A stretch of 49,210 nt of DNA from Nemertoderma westbladi (Eukaryota; Animalia; Xenacoelomorpha): NCBI GenBank assembly GCA_032718475.1, contig JAUCBJ010008806.1:1-49210 (forward strand). Reading direction: 5' to 3'. Each line of letters opens with the position of its first letter. The first letter of the stretch is position 1. The notes beneath the pieces were generated by a model. That model worked only from the letters and a program-made list of their open reading frames with translations. It searched no databases and was not told the DNA's origin. Positions 1 through 12,081 of the stretch are shown here, piece after piece. A program made the position numbers and the translations under genes.

Positions 1-41
1 TCATGCCCTGTACCCTTGCTGCCAGGTGCAGGTCGCAGTGA

Positions 42-272
42 AGTGCTCTCATAGTGGACATGAGAACACTCTACTCCTGACCAGCCATTGGTAGATCACC
101 ATCTGCCTGGTCAGGCCATATACCCCTGCAGCCAAGTATATGGGTCCTTAATCCAGGACCAAGTGCGTCCTTATCCCAGAACGAAGGGGGTCCTAGTTAC
201 AGGACCAGATTTGCCCTAGTAAGAGGGTCTATACAGCTACAGGTGGCACCTCCTTTATGCTGCATGGAGGTG
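42..272. other. Hairpin-dense segment, putative structured RNA or retroelement UTR, identity unknown
   Basis: Seven near-abutting inverted repeats: 42-52/60-70, 76-84/107-115 (perfect 9 bp), 116-123/136-143 (perfect 8 bp), 143-148/155-160, 189-194/201-206, 213-217/224-228, 247-253/266-272. No ORF. Confidence 0.4.
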
Positions 273-323
273 GCAAGTTTTCTTGATCAATGACCTAGAA
301 TACCTGACCTGACCTACAAAAAT

Positions 324-3300
324 ACACAAATACTAAACAGTAAGTGGTAAGTGTTGCAGAAAGTATGACACAAATACTAAACAGTAAGTTTTAAGTGTTG
401 CAGAAAGTATGACACAAATACTAAACAATAAATGTTACTGAAAGTATGATAGAAATACTAAACAATAAGTGTTACAGAAAGTATGACACAAATACTAAAC
501 AGTAAGTGTTACAGAAAGTATGACACAAATACTAAACAGTAAGTGTTAAAGAAAGTATGACACAAATACTAAACAATAAATGTTACTGAAAGTATGATAG
601 AAATACTAAACAATAAGTGTTACAGAAAGTATGACACAAATACTAAACAATAAGTGTTACAGAAAGTATGACACAAATACTAAACAGTAAGTGTTACAGA
701 AAGTATGACACAAATACTAAACAGTAAGTTTTAAGTGTTGCAGAAAGTATGACACAAATACTAAACAATAAATGTTACTGAAAGTGTGACACAAATACTA
801 AACAGTAAGTATTACAGAAAGTATGACACAAATACTAAACAGTAAGTGTTACAGAAAGTATGACACAAATACTAAACAGTAAGTGTTAAAGAAAGTATGA
901 CACAAATACTAAACAGTAAGTGTTACAGAAAGTATGATACAAATACTAAACAGTAAGTGTTACAAAAAGTATTACACAAATACTAAGCAGTAAGTGTTAC
1001 AGAAAGTATTACACAAATACTAAACAGTAAGTGTTACAGAAAGTATGACAGAAATACTAAACAGTAAGTGTTACAGAAAGTATGACACAAATACTAAACA
1101 ATAAGTGTTACAGAAAGTGTGACACAAATACTAAACAGTAAGTGTTACAAAAAGTGTGACACAAATACTAAACAGTAAGTGTTACAAAAAGTGTGACACA
1201 AATACTAAATAGTAAGTGTTACAAAAAGTATTACACAAATACTAAACAGTAAGTGTTACAGAAAGTATGACACAAATACTAAACAGTAAGTATTACAGAA
1301 AGTATGACAGAAATACTAAACAGTAAGTGTTAAAGAAAGTATGACACAAATACTAAACAGTAAGTGTTACAGAAAGTATGACAGAAATACTAAACAGTAA
1401 GTGTTACAGAAAGTATGACACAAATACTAAACAGTAAGTGTTAAAGAAAGTATGACACAAATACTAAACAGTAAGTGTTACAGAAAGTATTACACAAATA
1501 CTAAACAGTAAGTGTTACAGAAAGTATGACAGAAATACTAAACAGTAAGTGTTACAGAAAGTATGACACAAATACTAAACAGTAAGTGTTAAAGAAAGTA
1601 TGACACAAATACTAAACAGTAAGTGTTACAGAAAGTATTACACAAATACTAAATAGTAAGTGTTACAGAAAGTATGACACAAATACTAAACAGTAAGTGG
1701 TAAGTGTTGCAGAAAGTATGACACAAATACTAAACAATAAATGTTACAGAAAGTGTGACACAAATACTAAATAGTAAGTGTTACAGAAAGTATGACACAT
1801 ATACTAAACAGTAAGTGTTACAGAAAGTGTGACACAAATACTAAACAGTAAGTGTTACAGAAAGTATGACACAAATACTAAACAGTAAGTGTTACAGAAA
1901 GTATGGCACAAATACTAAACAGTAAGTGTTACAAAAAGTATGACACAAATACTAAACAGTAAGTGGTACAGAAAGTATGACACAAATACTAAATAGTAAG
2001 TGTTACAGAAAGTATGATACAAATACTAAATAGTAAGTGTTACAGAAAGTATGACACATATACTAAACAGTAAGTGTTACAGAAAGTATGGCACAAATAC
2101 TAAACAGTAAGTGGTACAGAAAGTATGACACAAATACTAAACAGTAAGTGTTACAGAAAGTATGGCACAAATACTAAACAGTAAGTGTTACAAAAAGTAT
2201 GACACAAATACTAAATAGTAAGTGTTACAGAAAGTATGACACATATACTAAACAGTAAGTGTTACAGAAAGTATGGCACAAATACTAAACAGTAAGTGTT
2301 ACAAAAAGTATGACACAAATACTAAACAGTAAGTGGTACAGAAAGTATGACACAAATACTAAACAGTAAGTGTTACAGAAAGTATGGCACAAATACTAAA
2401 CAGTAAGTGTTACAAAAAGTATGACACAAATACTAAACAGTAAGTGGTACAGAAAGTATGACACAAATACTGAATAGTAAGTGTTACAGAAAGTATGACA
2501 CATATACTAAACAGTAAGTGTTACAGAAAGTATGGCACAAATACTAAACAGTAAGTGGTACAGAAAGTATGACACAAATACTAAATAGTAAGTGTTACAG
2601 AAAGTATGACACAAATACTAAACAGTAAGTGGTACAGAAAGTATGACACAAATACTAAATAGTAAGTGTTACAGAAAGTATGATACAAATACTAAATAGT
2701 AAGTGTTACAGAAAGTATGACACATATACTAAACAGTAAGTGTTACAGAAAGTATGGCACAAATACTAAACAGTAAGTGTTACAAAAAGTATGACACAAA
2801 TACTAAACAGTAAGTGGTACAGAAAGTATGACACAAATACTAAACAGTAAGTGTTACAGAAAGTATGGCACAAATACTAAACAGTAAGTGTTACAAAAAG
2901 TATGACACAAATACTAAACAGTAAGTGGTACAGAAAGTATGACACAAATACTAAATAGTAAGTGTTACAGAAAGTGTGACACAAATACTAAACAGTAAGT
3001 GTTACAGAAAGTATGACACAAATACTAAACAGTAAGTGTTACAGAAAGTATGGCACAAATACTAAACAGTAAGTGTTACAAAAAGTATGACACAAATACT
3101 AAACAGTAAGTGGTACAGAAAGTATGACACAAATACTAAATAGTAAGTGTTACAGAAAGTATGATACAAATACTAAATAGTAAGTGTTACAGAAAGTATG
3201 ACACATATACTAAACAGTAAGTGTTACAGAAAGTGTGACACAAATACTAAACAGTAAGTGTTACAGAAAGTATGACACAAATACTAAACAGTAAGTGTTA

Positions 3301-3614
3301 CAGAAAGTATGGCACAAATACTAAACAGTAAGTGTTACAAAAAGTATGACACAAATACTAAACAGTAAGTGGTACAGAAAGTATGGCACAAATACTAAAC
3401 AGTAAGTGTTACAAAAAGTATGACACAAATACTAAACAGTAAGTGGTACAGAAAGTATGACACAAATACTAAATAGTAAGTGTTACAGAAAGTATGACAC
3501 AAATACTAAATAGTAAGTATTACAGAAAGTATGACACAAATACTAAATAGTAAGTGTTACAAAAAGTATGACACAAATACTAAACAGTAAGTGGTAAGTG
3601 TTGCAGAAAGTATG
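324..3614. repeat. 37-bp tandem satellite, roughly 88 copies
   Basis: Unit GACACAAATACTAAACAGTAAGTGTTACAGAAAGTAT; period 37 (e.g. 481 and 518); occasional 44-bp units with a 7-bp internal duplication. Confidence 0.97.
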
Positions 3615-3993
3615 TGTGACGGGATCAGGGGATCCCGACCGGTTTGGTTTATTTACGCGTCAGCGTCACCGTGCGAGTGAAAAGAGAGTTTGTTATTGTT
3701 CCAATTTTATGGATAAACGGTAATATAAAATATGCAGAATTTATATTGTGTATATGTACTGTACGTCCTCAGTTTGTATTATTACACTTTCTAAACAACT
3801 ATGAAATCATATCTTATATTGCATTACATTTGTTACAAATATCACCAGTACTTCCTAGTTCCTACATTTTGCATACATAGCGAACATACTTATCGAGTTA
3901 CATTATATGCGAACTTATTTGTGTATGATACTAATTATAACCTATGTTTATGGTTTTGCTTTATTCATTAGTGGCAGTGGCACGCCCCAATAA

Positions 3994-4225
3994 AATAAAT
4001 AAATAAAAAAATATTGGTTAATTTTGTACTACTGTAAAATTGTACTACTACTACTACTACTAGGTCGAGCGAATTATGACAGTGGGAATAAGATCTTTCC
4101 AGGCTTCCCGATTCTCCATAGTTGTCGCAATTTCGTTTCTCCCATGTTCAGTATCCCTTTCAAGTTGATCTATATATGTCGTCCAAGACTACGCTTTCCA
4201 TGAGTTGCTTGCCAGAAAAGTAGAA
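3994..4225 (-). mobile_element. 5'-truncated RTE-clade-like LINE 3' remnant with (TAG)n tail
   Basis: Minus strand translates as LLFWQATHGKRSLGR / TYIDQLERDT...MENREAWKDL...IRST*, resembling the RTE ORF2 C-terminus. The stop runs into (TAG)n at 4043-4062. Flanked by 12-bp direct repeat ACGCCCCAATAA (3982-3993, 4226-4237), a candidate TSD. Confidence 0.7.
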
Positions 4226-4690
4226 ACGCCCCAATAATACTATACTCCTCCAGATGGAACTGATACTGGGAAGGCCTACTCCTTTACAGTATTTGTTACC
4301 ATTTAAAGATGCATTGCAGTGGCTCAGTTAGCATTACTATTGTGGTTATTTATTATACCTATGTCCTCAGTTTGCCCTTCACATTCTAGCACTATTTGTT
4401 TACAATTTTAGGCAAACTATTAGTGAAAGTACGTTATGAAGAAGATGGCCTCATACATACAGTAAATGCAACATTGATTGGTGAAAAGGTTATAGGTTAG
4501 TAAAAACTATTACACCTAATAATATAATAGTAATAATAATAATAACAATAGTATAGATAACAACAATAATCAAGCAAAGGCGTACAGGAGCTATATATAG
4601 ATATTCCCTCCCACCACCACCACTACCCCTTTAAACCAATAGGAATCTAGTTTGTCTGTTTGTCAATACAGAGTAAAATTAATTTGTCAA

Positions 4691-7600
4691 CAGGAGCGGG
4701 ACATCCGTTGGAGGACATTGTGGTTGCATGGGCGGGACATCCGTTGGAGGACATTGTGGTTGCATGGGCGTGACATCCGTTGGAAGACATTGTGGTTGCA
4801 GGGGCGGGACATCCGTTGGAAGACATTGTGGTTGCAGGGGCGCGAGATCCGTTGGAAGACATTGTGGTTGCAGGGACGGGAGATCCGTTGGAGGACATTG
4901 TGGTTGCATGGGCGGGACATCCGTTGGAAGACATTGTGGTTGCAGGGACGGGACATCCGTTGGAAGACATTGTGGTTACAGGGACGGGACATCCGTTGGA
5001 GGACATTGTGGTTGCATGGGCGGGACATCCGTTGGAAGACATTGTGGTTGCAGGGGCGGGACATCCGTTGGAAGACATTGTGGTTGCAGGGGCGCGAGAT
5101 CCGTTGGAAGACATTGTGGTTGCAGGGGCGCGAGATCCGTTGGAAGACATTGTGGTTGCAGGGGCGGGACATCCGTTGGAAGACATTGTGGTTGCAGGGG
5201 CGCGAGATCCGTTGGAAGACACTGTGGTTGCAGGGGCGCGAGATCCGTTGGAGGACATTGTGGTTGCATGGGCGGGACATCCGTTGGAAGACATTGTGGT
5301 TGCAGGGACGGGACATCCGTTGGAGGACATTGTGGTTGCATGGGCGGGACATCCGTTGGAAGACATTGTGGTTGCAGGGACGGGACATCCGTTGGAGGAG
5401 ATTGTGGTTGCATGGGCGGGACATCCGTTGGAAGACATTGTGGTTGCAGGGACGGGACATCCGTTGGAGGACATTGTGGTTGCATGGGCGGGACATCCGT
5501 TGGAAGACATTGTGGTGGCAGGGACGGGAGATCCGTTGGAGGACATTGTGGTTGCAGGGGCGCGAGATCCGTTGGAAGACATTGTGGTTGCAGGGGCGCG
5601 AGATCCGTTGGAAGACATTGTGGTTGCAGGGGCGCGACATCCGTTGGAGGACATTGTGGTTGCAGGGACGGGAGATCCGTTGGAGGACATTGTGGTTGCA
5701 GGGGCGCGAGATCCGTTGGAAGACATTGTGGTTGCAGGGGCGGGACATCCGTTGGAAGACATTGTGGTTGCAGGGGCGGGACATCCGTTGGAAGACATTG
5801 TGGTTGCAGGGGCGGGACATCCGTTGGAGGACATTGTGGTTGCATGGGCGGGACATCCGTTGGAGGACATTTTGGTTGCATGGGCAGGACATCCGTTGGA
5901 AGACATTGTGGTTGCATGGGCGGGACATCCGTTGGAAGACATTGTGGTTGCAGGGGCGGGACATCCGTGGGAGGACATTGTGGTTGCAGGGGCGGGACAT
6001 CCGTTGGAAGACATTGTGGTTGCAGGGGCGGGACATCCGTTGGAGGACATTGTGGTTGCATGGGCGGGACATCCGTTGGAAGACATTGTGGTTGCAGGGG
6101 CGCGAGATCCGTTGGAAGACATTGTGGTTGCAGGGGCGCGAGATCCGTTGGAAGACATTGTGGTTACATGGGCGGGACATCCGTTGGAAGACATTGTGGT
6201 TGCAGGGGCGGGACATCCGTTGAAAGACATTGTGGTTGCAGGGGCGGGAGATCCGTTGGAAGACATTGTGGTTGCAGGGGCGGGACATCCGTTGGAGGAC
6301 ATTGTGGTTGCATGGGCGGGACATCCGTTGGAAGACATTGTGGTTGCAGGGGCGGGACATCCGTTGGAGGACATTGTGGTTGCATGGGCGGGACATCCGT
6401 TGGAGGACATTGTGGTTGCAAGGGCGGGACATCCGTTGGAGGACATTTTGGTTGCATGGGCAGGACATCCGTTGGAAGACATTGTGGTTGCAGGGGCGGG
6501 ACATCCGTTGGAGGACATTGTGGTTGCATGGGCGGGACATCCGTTGGAGGACATTGTGGTTGCATGGGCGGGACATCCGTTGGAGGACATTTTGGTTGCA
6601 TGGGCAGGACATCCGTTGGAAGACATTGTGGTTGCAGGGGCGGGACATCCGTTGGAGGACATTGTGGTTGCATGGGCGGGACATCCGTTGGAAGACATTG
6701 TGGTTGCAGGGGCGCGAGATCCGTTGGAAGACATTGTGGTTGCAGGGGCGGGACATCCGTTGGAAGACATTGTGGTTGCAGGGGCGGGACATCCGTTGGA
6801 AGACATTGTGGTTGCAGGGGCGGGACATCCGTTGGAGGACATTGTGGTTGCATGGGCGGGACATCCGTTGGAGGACATTTTGGTTGCATGGGCAGGACAT
6901 CCGTTGGAAGACATTGTGGTTGCATGGGCGGGACATCCGTTGGAAGACATTGTGGTTGCAGGGGCGGGACATCCGTGGGAGGACATTGTGGTTGCAGGGG
7001 CGGGACATCCGTTGGAAGACATTGCGGTTGCAGGGGCGGGACATCCGTTGGAGGACATTGTGGTTGCATGGGCGGGACATCCGTTGGAAGACATTGTGGT
7101 TGCAGGGGCGCGAGATCCGTTGGAAGACATTGTGGTTGCAGGGGCGCGAGATCCGTTGGAAGATATTGTGGTTGCAGGGGCGGGACATCCGTTGGAAGAC
7201 ATTGTGGTTGCAGGGGCGGGACATCCGTTGGAAGACATTGTGGTTGCAGGGGCGGGACATCCGTTGGAGGACATTGTGGTTGCATGGGCGGGACATCCGT
7301 TGGAGGACATTTTGGTTGCATGGGCAGGACATCCGTTGGAAGACATTGTGGTTGCATGGGCGGGACATCCGTTGGAAGACATTGTGGTTGCAGGGGCGGG
7401 ACATCCGTGGGAGGACATTGTGGTTGCAGGGGCGGGACATCCGTTGGAAGACATTGTGGTTGCAGGGGCGGGACATCCGTTGGAGGACATTGTGGTTGCA
7501 TGGGCGGGACATCCGTTGGAAGACATTGTGGTTGCAGGGGCGCGAGATCCGTTGGAAGACATTGTGGTTGCAGGGGCGCGAGATCCGTTGGAAGACATTG

Positions 7601-10600
7601 TGGTTACATGGGCGGGACATCCGTTGGAAGACATTGTGGTTGCAGGGGCGGGACATCCGTTGAAAGACATTGTGGTTGCAGGGGCGGGAGATCCGTTGGA
7701 AGACATTGTGGTTGCAGGGGCGGGACATCCGTTGGAGGACATTGTGGTTGCATGGGCGGGACATCCGTTGGAAGACATTGTGGTTGCAGGGGCGGGACAT
7801 CCGTTGGAGGACATTGTGGTTGCATGGGCGGGACATCCGTTGGAGGACATTGTGGTTGCAAGGGCGGGACATCCGTTGGAGGACATTTTGGTTGCATGGG
7901 CAGGACATCCGTTGGAAGACATTGTGGTTGCAGGGGCGGGACATCCGTTGGAGGACATTGTGGTTGCATGGGCGGGACATCCGTTGGAGGACATTGTGGT
8001 TGCATGGGCGGGACATCCGTTGGAGGACATTTTGGTTGCATGGGCAGGACATCCGTTGGAAGACATTGTGGTTGCAGGGGCGGGACATCCGTTGGAGGAC
8101 ATTGTGGTTGCATGGGCGGGACATCCGTTGGAAGACATTGTGGTTGCAGGGGCGCGAGATCCGTTGGAAGACATTGTGGTTGCAGGGGCGGGACATCCGT
8201 TGGAAGACATTGTGGTTGCAGGGGCGCGAGATCCGTTGGAAGACATTGTGGTTGCAGGGGCGGGACATCCTTTGGAGGACATTGTGGTTGCATGGGCGGG
8301 ACATCCGTTGGAAGACATTGTGGTTGCAGGGGCGGGACATCCGTTGGAAGACATTGTGGTTGCAGGGGCGCGAGATCCGTTGGAAGACATTGTGGTTGCA
8401 GGGGCGGGAGATCCGTTGGAGGACATTGTGGTTGCAGGGGCGGTAGATCCGTTGGAGGACATTGTGGTTGCATGGGTGGGAGATCCGTTGGAGGACATTG
8501 CGGTTGCATGGGCGGGACATCCGTTGGAGGACATTGTGGTTGCATGGGCGGGACATCCGTTGGAAGACATTGTGGTTGCAGGGGCGGGACATCCGTTGGA
8601 AGACATTGTGGTTGCAGGGGCGCGAGATCCGTTGGAAGACATTGTGGTTGCAGGGGCGGGACATCCGTTGGAGGACATTGTGGTTGCATGGGCGGGACAT
8701 CCGTTGGAGGACATTGTGGTTGCATGGGCGGGACATCCGTTGGAAGACATTGTGGTTGCAGGGGCGGGACATCCGTTGGAGGACATTGTGGTTGCATGGG
8801 CAGGACATCCGTTGGAAGACATTGTGGTTGCAGGGGCGGGACATCCGTTGGAAGACATTGTGGTTGCAGGGGCGCGAGATCCGTTGGAAGACATTGTGGT
8901 TGCAGGGGCGCGACATCCGTTGGAGGACATTGTGGTTGCATGGGCGGGACATCCGTTGGAAGACATTGTGGTTGCAGGGGCGGGACATCCCGTTGGAAGA
9001 CATTGTGGTTGCAGGGACGGGAGATCCGTTGGAGGACATTGTGGTTGCAGGGGCGGGAGATCCATTGGAGGACATTGTGGTTGCATGGGCGGGACATCCG
9101 TTGGAAGACATTGTGGTTGCAGGGGCGGGACATCCGTTGGAAGACATTGTGGTTGCAAGGGCGGGAGATCCGTTGGAGGACATTGTGGTTGCAGGGGCGG
9201 GAGATCCATTGGAGGACATTGTGGTTGCATGGGCGGGACATCCGTTGGAGGACATTGTGGTTGCATGGGCGGGACATCCGTTGGAGGACATTGTGGTTGC
9301 ATGGGCGGGACATCCGTTGGAGGACATTGTGGTTGCAGGGGCGGGAGATCCGTTGGAGGACATTGTGGTTGCAGGGGCGGGAGATCCATTGGAGGACATT
9401 GTGGTTGCATGGGCGGGACATCCGTTGGAAGACATTGTGGTTGCAGGGGCGGGACATCCGTTGGAAGACATTGTGGTTGCAGGGGCGGGAGATCCGTTGG
9501 AGGACATTGTGGTTGCATGGGCGGGACATCCGTTGGAGGACATTGTGGTTGCATGGGCGGGAGATCCGTTGGAGGACATTGTGGTTGCAGGGGCGGGAGA
9601 TCCATTGGAGGACATTGTGGTTGCATGGGCGGGACATCCGTTGGAAGACATTGTGGTTGCAGGGGCGGGACATCCGTTGGAAGACATTGTGGTTGCAGGG
9701 GCGGGAGATCCGTTGGAGGACATTGTGGTTGCAGGGGCGGGAGATCCATTGGAGGACATTGTGGTTGCATGGGCGGGACATCCGTTGGAAGACATTGTGG
9801 TTGCAGGGGCGGGAAATCCGTTGGAAGACATTGTGGTTGCAGGGGCGGGAGATCCGTTGGAGGACATTGTGGTTGCATGGGCGGGACATCCGTTGGAGGA
9901 CATTGTGGTTGCATGGGCGGGACATCCGTTGGAGGACATTGTGGTTGCATGGGCGGGACATCCGTTGGAAGACATTTTGGTTGCAGGGGCGGGACATCCG
10001 TTGGAAGACATTGTGGTTGCAGGGGCGGGAGATCCGTTGGAGGACATTGTGGTTGCAGGGGCGGGAGATCCATTGGAGGACATTGTGGTTGCATGGGCGG
10101 GACATCCGTTGGAGGACATTGTGGTTGCATGGGCGGGACATCCGTTGGAAGACATTGTGGTTGCAGGGGCGGGACATCCGTTGGAAGACATTGTGGTTGC
10201 AGGGGCGCGAGATCCGTTGGAAGACATTGTGGTTGCAGGGGCGGGACATCCGTTGGAGGACATTGTGGTTGCATGGGCGGGACATCCGTTGGAAGACATT
10301 GTGGTTGCAGGGGCGGGACATCCGTTGGAAGACATTGTGGTTGCAGGGGCGCGAGATCCGTTGGAAGACATTGTGGTTGCAGGGGCGCGAGATCCGTTGG
10401 AAGACATTGTGGTTGCAGGGGCGGGAGATCCGTTGGAGGACATTGTGGTTGCAGGGGCGGGAGATCCGTTGGAGGACATTGTGGTTGCAGGGGCGGGAGA
10501 TCCGTTGGAAGACATTGTGGTTGCAGGGGCGGGACATCCGTTGGAAGACATTGTGGTTGCAGGGGCGGGACATCCGTTGGAAGACATTGTGGTTGCAGTG

Positions 10601-11775
10601 GCGCGAGATCCGTTGGAAGACATTGTGGTTGCAGGGGCGCGAGATCCGTTGGAAGACATTGTGGTTGCAGGGGCGGGAGATCCGTTGGAAGACATTGTGG
10701 TTGCATGGGCGGGACATCCGTTGGAAGACATTGTGGTTGCAGGGGCGCGAGATCCGTTGGAAGACATTGTGGTTGCAGGGGCGCGAGATCCGTTGGAAGA
10801 CATTGTGGTTGCATGGGCGGGACATCCGTTGGAGGACATTGTGGTTGCATGGGCGGGACATCCGTTGGAAGACATTTTGGTTGCAGGGGCGGGACATCCG
10901 TTGGAAGACATTGTGGTTGCAGGGGCGGGAGATCCGTTGGAGGACATTGTGGTTGCAGGGGCGGGAGATCCATTGGAGGACATTGTGGTTGCATGGGCGG
11001 GACATCCGTTGGAGGACATTGTGGTTGCATGGGCGGGACATCCGTTGGAAGACATTGTGGTTGCAGGGGCGGGACATCCGTTGGAAGACATTGTGGTTGC
11101 AGGGGCGCGAGATCCGTTGGAAGACATTGTGGTTGCAGGGGCGGGACATCCGTTGGAGGACATTGTGGTTGCATGGGCGGGACATCCGTTGGAAGACATT
11201 GTGGTTGCAGGGGCGGGACATCCGTTGGAAGACATTGTGGTTGCAGGGGCGCGAGATCCGTTGGAAGACATTGTGGTTGCAGGGGCGCGAGATCCGTTGG
11301 AAGACATTGTGGTTGCAGGGGCGGGAGATCCGTTGGAGGACATTGTGGTTGCAGGGGCGGGAGATCCGTTGGAGGACATTGTGGTTGCAGGGGCGGGAGA
11401 TCCGTTGGAAGACATTGTGGTTGCAGGGGCGGGACATCCGTTGGAAGACATTGTGGTTGCAGGGGCGGGACATCCGTTGGAAGACATTGTGGTTGCAGTG
11501 GCGCGAGATCCGTTGGAAGACATTGTGGTTGCAGGGGCGCGAGATCCGTTGGAAGACATTGTGGTTGCAGGGGCGGGAGATCCGTTGGAAGACATTGTGG
11601 TTGCATGGGCGGGACATCCGTTGGAAGACATTGTGGTTGCAGGGGCGCGAGATCCGTTGGAAGACATTGTGGTTGCAGGGGCGCGAGATCCGTTGGAAGA
11701 CATTGTGGTTGCAGGGGCGGGACATCCGTTGGAAGACATTGTGGTAGCATGGGCGGGACATCCGTTGGAAGACAT
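4691..11775. repeat. 36-bp GC-rich tandem satellite, left block, roughly 197 copies with higher-order duplications
   Basis: Unit GACATTGTGGTTGCAGGGGCGGGACATCCGTTGGAA; rare variants recur at 1440-bp and 900-bp spacing; single 1-bp insertion near 8990. Confidence 0.98.
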
Positions 11776-12043
11776 TGCTGTGTTGTGAGGTGAGCCGAAA
11801 GATAGAACAAGAGTTTATCTGAAGCATGTACACAACATAATAATCAATATAATACATATATAGATGTGATAGATAAGTCAGCAGTCATGTGGGCGCCGAC
11901 TGCATAGCAGATATACCAGATACCGGTATGGTAGGTATCAGTATGCAATAAGAAGAACTAGGTATATGCACTAAGGCAACCGACAGAACAGTATAACATA
12001 CATATATACTATATGGCTACGAGTAGGTCACGAGTATCTCTCA
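11776..12043 (-). repeat. 3' LTR of Gypsy element
   Basis: Direct repeat of 16846-17113; preceded on the minus strand by the PPT. Confidence 0.95.
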
Positions 12044-12057
12044 TCTCCCCCTTTCAG
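12044..12057 (-). promoter_or_regulatory. Polypurine tract of Gypsy element
   Basis: Minus strand CTGAAAGGGGGAGA abutting the TG of the 3' LTR. Confidence 0.88.
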
Positions 12058-12081
12058 TTTTAGTGAGTCTGGGAATATATG

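Noticed and set aside
1-330. Minus-strand coding exon after a TTTTTGTAG acceptor near 313
   Set aside because: All three frames hit stops within about 60 nt.
3615-4692. Solo LTR bounded by TG...CA
   Set aside because: No TSD (GTATG versus GGAGC), different satellites on each side, and the terminal CA fits the 36-bp unit.
324-11775. CRISPR-like arrays (36-37-bp repeats)
   Set aside because: Units are head-to-tail with no unique spacers, no cas genes, and the context is eukaryotic.
4647-11857. Giant ORFs of up to 2387 aa on both strands
   Set aside because: By-products of a stop-free 36-bp unit; they overlap in all frames, switch peptide at the 1-bp insertion and several start inside the Gypsy LTR.
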